A stretch of 26,831 bases of DNA from Vitrella brassicaformis CCMP3155 (taxonomy: Eukaryota > Protista > Chromerida). The stretch is taken from the NCBI GenBank assembly GCA_001179505.1, contig CDMY01000727.1, positions 1 to 26,831 of the forward strand. The letters run 5' to 3'. The position numbers and the translations under genes are program-made. The notes under the pieces were generated by a model. That model was not told the DNA's origin, searched no databases, and was given only the letters and a program-made list of their open reading frames with translations. Shown one piece after another: positions 1-10,279 of the stretch; the stretch's first letter is position 1, and every line of letters starts with the position of its first letter.

Positions 1-20
1 GCCACGTCTGTCTTCGAGAT

Positions 21-83
21 CTGCATGTTTTTCAAGCTCCCGCCATTGTTGTCTGCATGTTTTTGAGACTCTCGCCATTGTTG
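21..83. repeat. Imperfect 32-bp tandem repeat x2 upstream of the first gene, containing TGCATG
   Basis: ctgcatgtttttcaagctcccgccattgttg at 21-51 and ctgcatgtttttgagactctcgccattgttg at 53-83. Confidence 0.8.
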
Positions 84-295
84 CATGCGTCGGTGTGCTT
101 CTCGCAAACACTCATGCTGTGCACGTCTCTGTGACGCATAATTGAACCACCACTTTGCACGCTGCTTTCGACCCCCGCCCAATTCGCGGCCCGGGGTGCC
201 CACGCAGTGGGTGCCCCTTACTCGGAATCGTGGATGGTCTGTAGAGCCGCAGCTGCCGTGTAACCAGACATATGGGTTCCCTACCCCGACGACTG

Positions 296-963
296 ATGAT
301 GCACAACAGCGACCTGGAGGACTCTGAGGACGAGATGGAGGCGCCCAAGCCGAAGAAGCAGCCCAAGGCCAAGCCCAAGGGGAAGGCGGGCGGCAAGCCG
401 GCAGCGGCGGCAGGCAAGGGCAAAGAGAAGAATGACAAGAAGGCACCAGCCGGCGCCAAGGGGGGCCGTCCCCCCAAGAAAAAGCAGGACGCTGCGAAGA
501 AGCGCAAGAAGGACTCAAGCAGCGACTTTGAGGACAGCGGCAGCGACCTGCCGGACTCTGATGAAGAGGAGGACTCTGAGGACGAGAGGAGGCCAGCCAA
601 GCAGAAGAAGCAGGCCAAGGCGAAACCCAAGGGGAAGAGGCGCAAGAAGGACGTCGACTCCAGTGACGACAGCAGTCTGTACGATCAACATTGGCTAGTC
701 TCCAAAATGTTATCCAGGTCGGTCCACCTCACGCACGCCACACCACATAACCTCACGATATCTATCACTGTCTTGGTGTGAGGTGTAGGTGGTGGTATAT
801 GACGCCCGACTGGCCGCCCGAGGATTTCGACTACGACGGCGTTCTGCGGAAGCTGAAGCTGCGTCGCGTGGAGGTCGACGAGTGGGAGAACGCAGAGGAC
901 TGCGAGGAGGGATACACCAAAGTCTACGAAATCAAACACTACAGAGGTGAGTGGGTGAGGTAA
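296..963 (+). CDS. Hypothetical protein: Lys/Asp/Ser-rich low-complexity N-terminus plus a short conserved-looking C-terminal domain (RWWYMTPDWPPEDFDY...KVYEI)
   Basis: ORF 272..781 (ATGs at 272/296/299) joins ORF 778..963 through a GT-AG intron at 718-788, giving ...KMLSR|WWYMTPDWPP. The 3' end is uncertain: either the stop at 961-963 or a further intron from the gtgagt donor at 947. Confidence 0.65.
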
Positions 964-966
964 CGC

Positions 967-2060
967 TCACTCAAACACCTTTGTCCTGCCCTTGTCAGTC
1001 TCACCGCGTTTGAGTTTGTCGCCCTTCGTCTTGATCTGTGGGTTAGCGCCCTTCTTGGCAACATGAACAGAGACACACACCAGCAGATCCACATCCACGC
1101 TGTCTTCTGTGTGGTGCCTTGCAGCCGGCCGATCAAATCCCATCGCAAACTGACTATCGTGACACTCATGTGAGAACACAAAATAGCAGCAGAGTGACCA
1201 TACGAGCGAAAGGAGAAGTGCGTTTCACTCCGACACAAAGTCGGTTTCTAATGAGAACGAATTCTTTTTTGTGTGTGCGTGTTGCCTTGCCTCTTCTGTG
1301 CTCACTCCTCGAAGAGTGTGCTCAGAATGCATCTGTGGATGAGCGCCCACGTGACAGACAGAGACACGACTCCCAAGTAATTGATCACATGGTGTTGTTT
1401 GCTCCAGTTATCTGCTTCTGCATCACCGCGCACCAGGCCCAACATTATTTAACGTTCGTAGAACCCGCTCATCCGTCCTCCCCCAGGAGCTACTAAACTC
1501 TCATGCACATTCGCTTATGAAACGAAAGGAGAGAGGCCATCGACTGAAAAGGAAGGAGCTGGCTGAGACGAACATTGGCAGGACCTGTACAGGTCTGTGA
1601 ATATAATAGTGTCGAGCCCTCCGAGTAACGGAAACAAGGAAATGGTGATTTACCGTACCCGACAAACAAGAACACACAGACACAGTGACAGTCACACAAT
1701 TTTTTGCTGACATTGTCACCGCGACCGCTCGCTATGTCTCGGAAAAGAGGGAAGAAGAATAAACGAGATCCATGTGAAAAGAGCTGAAGTACCTGTCGGC
1801 AAATCTCCATGTCTCAGAAGCCTCGACTGACCTTCGCTGTGTGTGTGTGTGTGTATAGCGACAGTACAGAGAAGATGAGGGTCATTTGGAGGACATAACG
1901 CCGCTTCCTCATGACAGTCGTCGATGTCAGAGCGACTTGGCGAAAGACCCTGCACGCACACACGAACGTAGACGCTGTTACTATCATCGCCGTCCAGTTG
2001 ATCGGAACGCTGACGGTACAGCATCTTTCGCGCATGGTATTGGTATTTGCCGAGATCTAG
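967..2060 (-). other. Possible additional 3' coding exons (extended C-terminal tail of the PDE gene, or a separate small gene)
   Basis: Exon-like segments with plausible splice sites, e.g. RRLDLGKYQYHARKMLYRQRSDQLDGDDSNSVY | GLSPSRSDIDDCHEE, and a Lys-rich end VAKKGANPQIKTKGDKLKRGETDKGRTKVFE* (stop at 967). I could not build a complete splice chain. Confidence 0.25.
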
Positions 2061-2218
2061 ACGACGTACAGGTGTGCGAATCCATGCAAGGCACTCCCTC
2101 CCTCCCGGCGGCAATTGGCACTTGGTGATTAAGCAAACCAACCATCCGTCCCTCATCCAGTATGTGCCTATAGGCACAACCAGGTCTTACGCAACAAGCC
2201 CACTGTCCTGTCTGCTTA

Positions 2219-5200
2219 TCAATGGATGTCTCTAAGCGTTCTCTGCTTTTCCTTGTGCCTGAGCTGCGTCCTGGTACGGGGCAGCCTCATGTGAAGCTTC
2301 AGAACGGCAGTCGCGGCAAAGTCGTCCGGTAGTGGGGGCAGCTTCTGCGTCCCCTTGCGCATCTCCTCGCAAATCGATAAGACGCTCAGAGACGACCAGA
2401 AATCCTTGTTGTATCTCATATGCGCCACGCACTCACGCATCTGTATCGACACCATCCATACCCACGGATGTGTACATATTTTAACTTTTTTTGCCAGGAA
2501 TGTCACCTGCGGAATAATCTCGCTCATCGCATTGTACAGCGGGGCTATGATGACATCGATGAAGCCACACTGAGACCGCGCGATGTTTGTTGTCTCTCTA
2601 TGTGGAAAAATCAAAGAGCCAACAGCGAGATCATCGGGAATCCCCTCTGACTCTCATCATCTTTCCCTTTGCTCTCACCGGTTCATCAGCGGCGAGATTG
2701 GCAGACCGAAAGCCTTTTCCCTATCACCTACATCAGCAAGACACTCTCCATCTGGTCAACCCACAATGTCATGAACAGCGGGCGGTTTTGAACCTTACCT
2801 TGTGCAAAGAACTCTTGTATCACTACCCGATTCACATCCGATTCACATCCGATTCACATCAAACCCGCTGGTCTCTTTCTCTCTGGCTTACCTTTGTCTG
2901 TCCACTGCAAGTACAGCGGCAGCGGCCGGCAGGGATTGGAGACATCAGCAGCGTGCACCACCATGCTCATGATCAGCAAGCGGTCCTCGCGGCTGAGCTC
3001 TTGCTTGAGCCACTCTGCCATACGGCGTTTCAACGGTAAGAATGAGGAGAAAAAGCTGCTGATGTGTAGATGCCCATTCTTAGTGGAATGATGTGCTGGG
3101 CCCCTTCGGGTCTAAGCCCTCCTTCTCCTAAGCCCTCCTTGTCTCTAGGCCCACCTTCGTCCTTAGTCTTCAGCAGTCCGAGTTTCACAAAATGCTGCGA
3201 CATGTCCGTAGCCAGCACCATATGGATGATCGCCTCGCGCACTAAAGCATCCAGCAAAGAAGAATACATATGTGTAGCACACAGGGCGTATAATGCATAT
3301 AGGCCACAGTCCGCACCTATGGAGTATGTTGCCGCTGGCGTGTGCTTGAAAATGTTGTACTTAGACTGTTGCATGAGCTGAAAGACTGCGGCGATATGGT
3401 GGCTCTCTAGCACGGCCTTGTCTGTCGCGCAAAGGAGACATGATTCATGTGCATACCACACGCATTTTTCAGCATACCATGTAGAGGATCGCGAGCGGGT
3501 CATTGGTCTTGATAAGGAAATTGTTGCTTACTCCAGGATGATCTGAACACCCACCGTTAACACACAGACAGCGCGCATGCACAGGAGCATCGTATGTCGT
3601 GCCATTGCTACCGTAGTCGTGTATGGCCGCCGAGAAGATCACGGTGAAGAGTTCAACCTAAGGTATACGGCAGAAAACGAGCACGCCAAGGTAACAGTGC
3701 AGACGACGAGAGGCGGCTTGGCAAAAATGTATTGAATACATTCGTGAAGCCCTTCAATGATAGCGACCAGAGTTCGCCCACTGCACGGGACAAAGACAGT
3801 CTTCATGCAGCCGTTTCTCTTTGCGTCTCCTACCTTTGCAAAACCAATAAGCTCCGTGAACAACCTGCGAAGATAAAAAGTGGTAGCCTCGTCCATTGGC
3901 GAAGGGCGCTGCCAGAGATGCAATGTGCGGCGCTGCGACTTACGTCAGCGGCATGCAGGCGCATGTGATAGGGATTGTCTTGATGATATCCCTTCTGCAC
4001 TGCAAAGAGTAGCTCATCCCACTTTTTGCAGTCAATACATAATTCCTGAGCAGGCCAGCTCATAATTATGACTGCCTGTCTCTTGTCGAGGCAGACCTCG
4101 AGTGCAAAGGAAGATTGCGCCACAAAGTTGGTGAGCAGCCGCAGACAGTTGCCTCTGACTCGAAAGCAGCCAGGTCACCTTTGAATGAACCACTGTGTGT
4201 GCATTCTGACGTCATACCCCGATAGCCTGTCGCATTCGAATACGTCGAATTCCCAATCATCGACTCCCGACAGAATGGTGTCGTTGACTGCCGATTCGGT
4301 CATGCACGACAGAATGCTCCTCGCACTGTCCCCTGACACACGGAGGGTCGTTCAACTTTGCATCCACTGATGTCTCTGCTCGCTTTCTTACTGGCGGATC
4401 GCTTCTGTCCGTCTCTGTCGTTTTGCACCTGCGTCTTCGATTTTCTGCGATACAAATACAGAAGAAGATTCACGTGTTTGGCGAGGCAACGTGAGTGAGG
4501 TAGTAACCGCGCCGATGCATGGTGCCCCAGTGCTTGTGAGGTGGTGTCGACAAGTAGACGAGGTCTGCACCCAGGCAGAGGCTGCATGCACACAGCGCAC
4601 ATACGAGAGAATATTGTTGCTTGACACTCGAGGACTTACCTGCACTGTTCTCATCGAGCCTGTCCTCATCGAGTATTGGCTGACATAGCCGATAGGTGAG
4701 ACACAGACACGTGGCAGACATTCATGCTGCACTACGGGTGCTTTCTCACATCATAGAGCCGGCCTGATGCGAGTATGCGTATGGCAAGATTGACATCATT
4801 GGGGAGACGATGACTCAACCGATACTCACCCTATACCAAGGAGGATCGAGAGAATCCGATGTCAACGAAGCCATGATCTCTCTTATACATCCCCCGGCCG
4901 ACCTTGACTTTGCGGAGTGTCTTAAGGACCTTCTCCAAAGGCGCTTCGTAGCACACGCCGCCTTGCTTCTTCTTTGCTAGCCCCAATGCAAATTCCTCTT
5001 GAAACTGAAAGAACGAGAACACATTTCACACACACACACACACACACACATGAGCATTTGTCACATACGCGTGTTGAGCATACCTGGTTGTATACATGAA
5101 GGAGACGAAATATACGCAGCACTCCTCTCATTCCTGAAAATGAACAGCGGCCATAAGACATATCCGTGTATGTCTCCATGCAACCCAGTGAGAGAGTGGC

Positions 5201-5790
5201 GGTACGTACGGGCAATGCGGTCCACTAGGTCGTCCTCTACACATGGACAGACATCTCAATGTGTAGACAATAAGTCAATACAATCCGTCTCACCTACCCA
5301 CCTATCGTGAGCGAGCCCAAGGAGAGGAAGAAGGCCAAAAGAACACACAGGATATCCACAGCATTCAGCGGCTCCAGGAAATAAAACCGGCCGAAGGCAA
5401 AGGCCTTTAGGCTGACTTTCAGGATGAAGATGCAACACAGTGTGAGGTCAATGACATCGAGGGCATGCATCTGCTGCGACGTGACGACATCGAAGACCAC
5501 CAGCTGGACGAATGTGAGAGATATATAGTTGAAGACCATGATAATGATGACCTCTGCGCAGCGGATCAAGACGGCGAGAGGCAGTTGTCCCTTCGCTCCT
5601 TACTTGCCCTCTTACTTTCACAGACAGGGTGGTCGATCACCCATCCGATGTTGGCCCTCAACGTTTCGTACCTCCCTCTTGGCCTCTCGTCTTCTGAATC
5701 ACTGGTACGTGGGGGCTGCACAGTGACAGAAGACGTGAGGGCTGAGGATGGGGCTGGCGGCACTGGCCCCAGAGGGGGATGCATTACCAT
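2219..5790 (-). CDS. Class I 3',5'-cyclic nucleotide phosphodiesterase with an N-terminal voltage-sensor-like (S1-S4) domain; about 22 exons, about 680 aa
   Basis: Manual exon chain, all GT-AG: 5790-5616, 5553-5302, 5236-5210, 5133-5084, 5004-4903, 4830-4750, 4679-4640, 4581-4429, 4332-4218, 4154-4097, 4045-3944, 3864-3834, 3780-3740, 3657-3612, 3542-3478, 3421-3317, 3241-3155, 3014-2892, 2822-2799, 2727-2679, 2597-2507, 2440-2219. Phases are consistent except for a 1-nt mismatch at 3478/3421. PDEase_I motifs: NPYHxxxHAADV, AIHDYDHPGVSNNFL, VLESHH, VLATDM, HAADVSNP, EFFAQGDRE, SQCGFID. Confidence 0.88.
2827..2859. repeat. Perfect 11-bp tandem repeat x3 (ccgattcacat) in a PDE intron
   Basis: Units at 2827-2837, 2838-2848 and 2849-2859. 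Confidence 0.9.
5084..5645 (-). other. Voltage-sensor-like domain (S1-S4) at the N-terminus of the PDE gene
   Basis: Spliced translation: S1 HPVCEKVIIIMVFNYISLTFVQLVVF; S2 ALDVIDLTLCCIFILKVSLKAFAFG; S3 FLEPLNAVDILCVLLAFFLSLG; acidic loop EDDLVD; S4 RIARMRGVLRIFRLLHVYN. There is no S5-P-S6 pore region after S4. Confidence 0.75.
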
Positions 5791-6665
5791 CTTCTCTTCA
5801 AACACTCAGAAGATGGACCACTTTGCAGGAGAAGTGGGGGTCTCGCAATTCTGAGAGGCGCACTTGCTTCCTTGAGAATCACTGGTGCGTGGGGGTGCGG
5901 GAGGGCTGAGGATGGGGCTGAGGATGTCAGTGGTGAAGTTCCCCGTCGCGAAATGCAAGCCACGAAGCTCTCATGGAAGCCAGAAAGGCGTACCGAATGA
6001 AAAAGTCTCGACTCTGCGATCCTCTAGTCCGTTTTGTAGCGAGGTGCGTGTCGAGCTGGTGTGTGTCGAGAGGACACATATACCACGACACACAGGTTTC
6101 TGGATCGATGGATGGATGGATGTATAGGTATTGCATTGCATACGGATGTTGTGTCCATAAAGGTCGTTTCCAGGTCGTTTCCACCATGAGCACCGACACA
6201 CACGCAATACCGTCGGTCCGTCCGTCCTAGAGCCAACTACCCCCGGCAAAGCACAGCAGAGGAACGTCATCCAGCCATCAATCCATCCTAGACCCACAAG
6301 ACGGACAGACAGACAGAACAATCAATCAACCAACCAACCAGCCGGCCAGCCAGACAACCAACGTCATACAAATAGCACCTAGTTCCATCCATCCATCAGC
6401 CGCGTCAAGAGTGAGCCAGGACAAAACAAAACCACTCAGAGAGAAAGAGAGAGAGAAAGCTACGCGTGCATCGGTTGTGCGTAGGACAAGCACTGCTGCC
6501 CCTTTGCTACGTAAAGGAGGAGGGATGTTGTCGAAACACGGAAAACATATCCCCGTCCCCCGTCCCTCCCTCCCTCCCTCCCCTGTGCCAGCCATCTTCG
6601 TCAGGTCAGCCAGACCGACGGCAATGGACACCTAGCTATCGATGTATAGATGTGTGTCTATCTAT

Positions 6666-8221
6666 CTAATTGGCCCCTTGCCTCTCCCCTCCCCCCTCTC
6701 TCTGCTCTTCCCCCTCCCCTTCGGCGTCGTCTTCTTGGCCATCGTCACCGTCACGCAGCGGCGACAGATCGCAGCTGCTCATGGCCGCCAAGGGGCACGG
6801 GCGCAAAGGGGGGCTGAACGACGGAGGGGGCGGGATCGACACCGCTGCGAGATCATGACCATGATCATGATCCTGCTGCTGATGTCCCTGCTGGGGGGAA
6901 GAGGTGTCCTCCCCGCCGTCTTGGCGTGAGTCCGTGTCGACGGCATCGTCGTGGGACTCTTCTTCTTGCTCGTCCGCGTATCTATGTGGTTCGGAGCAGT
7001 CGAAGAAGGGGTGGAAGCAGCGGGACGGCAGGAGGGGCCCGGGGCTGGCCGGCGGGGTGGGCACGCGGGGGTCGGGGCTCAGGAAGGACGGCACCGGGCT
7101 CGCGTCATGGGCAGGGATCTGCACCCGATCCCACTCCATGTGACGACGCAGCAACCGCGGGCCCTTATCCCTCTCCCCCTCCCTCCCCGGCTGGTCGGTC
7201 TGCTCATCGAAGAATGCGGCCAGTGTGCTGTGGTCGAATCGTCGAGCGGGTTGGTAGAGGGGCATGGGTTGGTCGGGTGGCGGCGGGGGCGGGGGGAGGT
7301 TGGCGGGGTCGGGCTTGTGCAGCCGACGGGTGCGGTCGACGATGTGAAGGTTCCTCACCACGTTGTCGCGCCACTTGATGCGGGTCCACGAGTAGACCTG
7401 CACGCGGCAGTTGGGGCACGTTATGGGCGTCCGCTGCCGGGCCCAATTCAACATGCACTGCACACACACATCACATCCACAGACAGAGATACCCATCCAG
7501 CCATCTGTGTGTGGCTGTGTGTGGCTGTGTGGGCGGTTGGCTGGGCTGCTTGCCTTGTGGTGGAAGAGGTGTCCGCATGCGAGTCGTATGACGCGTTGCG
7601 AGGGCTGCTGGTTGAGCCGATGCAGGCAGATGGTGCACTCCTTGCGCGAACACTTGGACAACACGTGGTTCTGACTGCACACACACAACACAACACGACG
7701 CAACAGACAGACACAGGGAGACAATCCATCCCACCATTTCACATACATCATTTTACCCCGGCCCAGCCCAGCCCCAACCAAGCGCACCGTTCGTTGCATC
7801 TGAGAGTGTTCCATGGCGCAGCAGACGCCATACAGCCACTGCTCGAACCGCTGCCCAAACTCGGTCCGGAAAAAGGCGTTGAGCGCATGCTCCCACCACG
7901 ACGTGTTGCTCCCGCCCGTCGTCGCCACCGCACCTCCTCCATCTGCCTCTGCCTCAGCATCTCCATCGCTCGGCGACTGGGCGTCCTCCAAGTCCCCCAC
8001 CTCGTCGAGCAGGCCGGGGCCGTCGTAGCCGTCGAGGTAGTCGGCCTCCATGAGCTGGAGACCAGCAGCAGCTGGTGCTCGTCCGCCTCGGTCTCTCCTC
8101 CATTGCTGCCAGAAATGGCCGAGCCGCCCTGGAACTGCTGGGTGGACGTGGCTGTCGACTCGGTGGCGCCAAAGGATGACGATGACCCGTCGGCCAACCC
8201 ATCTACCGAAGCCTCATCCAT
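6666..8221 (-). CDS. RING-H2 (C3H2C3) zinc-finger protein, probable E3 ubiquitin ligase, with Pro-rich and acidic C-terminus
   Basis: CTIC-x17-CGHLFHHK|CMLNW...TCPNC after removing in-frame introns 7671-7787 (GT-AG) and 7458-7553 (GC-AG). The 5' ORF from ATG 8221 joins the main ORF only through a 1-nt shift near 8078; the alternative start is ATG 8051. Confidence 0.8.
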
Positions 8222-8889
8222 CGCTGCTGCTACTTGTAGGTAGAGTGCTGGACGGCTGCTCTTGCGTTCGCTTCCTTTCAGGCCGTCGAACGCTGGTCTA
8301 CTCGTCTACGCCGTGCTGCCCTTTTATCGTTCAGCTCCTCTTGAGTACTGTTTCACGCCGATTTGCCCGAAAAAGTTGCGGGGTTTGCATGCCATGCATC
8401 ACGATGTAGCGCATTGCAACTCATCCATCATACTTTGTCCTTCGACATAAACTCCCATCGGGAGGACATACATGCACATGAGCAATAGCGTCGGGCACGC
8501 ACCACGCACAGGGCAGGTCGCGAGAGGTCGCCTCGCATGCATTTGCATCGGGCGACAGGCAGCAGATCGTTTGCACATCCACACAGACATGAATGCTCAT
8601 CAAAATCGTATGCACATGATGCATACAGGCGAGTGGGCAGTCAGTCAAAACGCCCCAAAATCTCGCACAGATAAAAAGCAATAGAGACAGCACAGGCACC
8701 TGGCACGTTCATGTCATGAGTATGGGTGTTGTGTCATTGTTAACCTTCCTGCCTAGGATGCCCAGATGGTCGTGACCATAGTGAAGTCAGCGCCCACACA
8801 CAAAAGGGCATACACATGATACGTACGCCTGTATTTATGTATATATATGTACACGCACATAAAACGCATGTACACACCCCGCACCCTAT

Positions 8890-10092
8890 CTACAGCCAGC
8901 TGCCTTCCTTCCTCGCAGCCATCTGTACAGCACTCCAGACCTCGCCGAACCACCGGCCGTCGGACCCCACGGCCATCCTCCCCATCACCTCCCGCACCGA
9001 TGAGGCTGTCGGCCTCACCCGAGCCAGCACCCTCTCCATGCCCTCGCTCACCCACCCTCTCAGCTGACCACGGACGATGTCGACCCCTGCCCAGGAGGGC
9101 AATCGCGCAGCTTCGCGTGTCTTCTCGTCCGCACCTGGATCTGCCCTCGGCTGCTGCATGAGGCTAAGACGCGACTCAGGGTACGTCTGGCAGGCGTCGA
9201 TCATCCTCTCCAGAGACTTAGGCAGGACGAACGATGCGCCCCACCGTCTGATTATGGAAGGTACGCCCTGGGTTTGGCCCTCTACGTAGAATGACGAGAA
9301 GCTGCTGCTGCGGGATGGGTGGTCTGGGTCGGGAGTGATGGCGATGACGTTCATGTACTCGGATACGCGCGTGACGCCATCCTTCGGAGGCTTCACGTCA
9401 CTGGCGTCCGGAGATGCTGACGGATCGACAGAGAAGCGCCAGGTGGTAAGGCTTGTCGCGGCGTTGTTTGCTGCATACCTACCTACCTACCTTGGTTGAC
9501 GACCAGGAAGGTCTCACTGTTGTGGTGTGGCCCCTTGACACGCACACACCGCTGCGTGTAGACATAATCACGGTCCTGCACAGAACAATCGCACCAACGG
9601 CAAGTGATTGTAGTCTGTGCCGTTCGTGCGACGGCAAGACACACCGGCCCTCATGCTCATGTGTCTGACATTGAATGGTCCAGGGAAGGGCATCCGCCAG
9701 TACACGACCTTCTCCCCACTGGAGGGCAGAGTGAACGTCTGCACAACACAACAAAAATCGCAGAACAATTATGAGCAAGATGCTTCTGTTTGATGTGATA
9801 TGATAAACCAGTGATTGACCTCGAGCTGTGCGGCGTTTCGGTCCCATGTCTTGCGATGGTCAGAATCACAGTTGACCGCCCAAAGCACTTCTGGCGGTGA
9901 AGCGATGGTCCCTTTGGCGAACACCTCCACCCTCCCGGCGGCATCATCGCTGCCTTCGAACACCTCAACAGCGCTGCTGTCAGGCCGGCGCAACGACGTC
10001 AGCTTCCGATGCGACTCAGCTGGCAGCCGCTTCAGGAGCTCAGCGTACTTGGCGTCATCAGCTACGGCGACAGAAGAGGTCACGGACGGCAT
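8890..10092 (-). CDS. START (StAR-related lipid transfer) domain protein
   Basis: Exons 10092-9820, 9738-9670, 9575-9491 and 9470-8890 splice in phase. START-like motifs: RKTWDRN, KVVYWRMPFPGPFN-DRDYVY, PPKDGVTRV, QGVPSIIRRWGASFVLPKSLERMIDAC. Confidence 0.8.
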
Positions 10093-10279
10093 GCCAGAAT
10101 CGTATATCGGGGACAGGAAGAGAGCGGAGCGTCGCGGACAAGGAGGAAGGAGCCGTGTGTGGGGATATAGGAGGGAACGGCGTTCTTCCCCCTTCCCCGC
10201 AGAACTGCGCTGGCAAATTCTTGAGCTCGCAGGCATATCCGGGGAGTGTTGCTGAATCCGTTAGAGGCGAGTTGATCAG
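10093..10279. promoter_or_regulatory. Putative bidirectional promoter (START gene / DMT transporter gene)
   Basis: Divergent start codons at 10092 (-) and 10280 (+), 187 bp apart. Confidence 0.55.

Noticed and set aside
112-645. 177-aa minus-strand ORF with Phe/Leu-rich, membrane-protein-like stretches
   Set aside because: It is the antisense shadow of the Lys/Glu-rich (aag/gag) coding region of the plus-strand gene.
3112-3152. Short imperfect repeat (ctaagccctcctt...) read as a GPRDKEGLGEGGLRPEG insertion in the PDE
   Set aside because: It lies within the predicted intron 3154-3015. The in-frame read-through hits a stop at 3030, so it is not coding.
4750-5645. Full voltage-gated ion channel subunit
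   Set aside because: After S4 the spliced sequence is hydrophilic and helical and leads into the PDE. There is no S5-pore-S6 or selectivity-filter motif.
3410-8080. RNA editing (A/G insertion) or programmed frameshifting as the explanation for the 1-nt gaps
   Set aside because: There is no slippery sequence or stimulatory structure. The gaps would fall in short homopolymer runs, so sequencing or assembly error or mutation is more parsimonious.
6951-8243. 430-aa plus-strand ORF
   Set aside because: It is the antisense shadow of the GC-rich RING gene, crosses its microsatellite introns and has no recognisable motifs.
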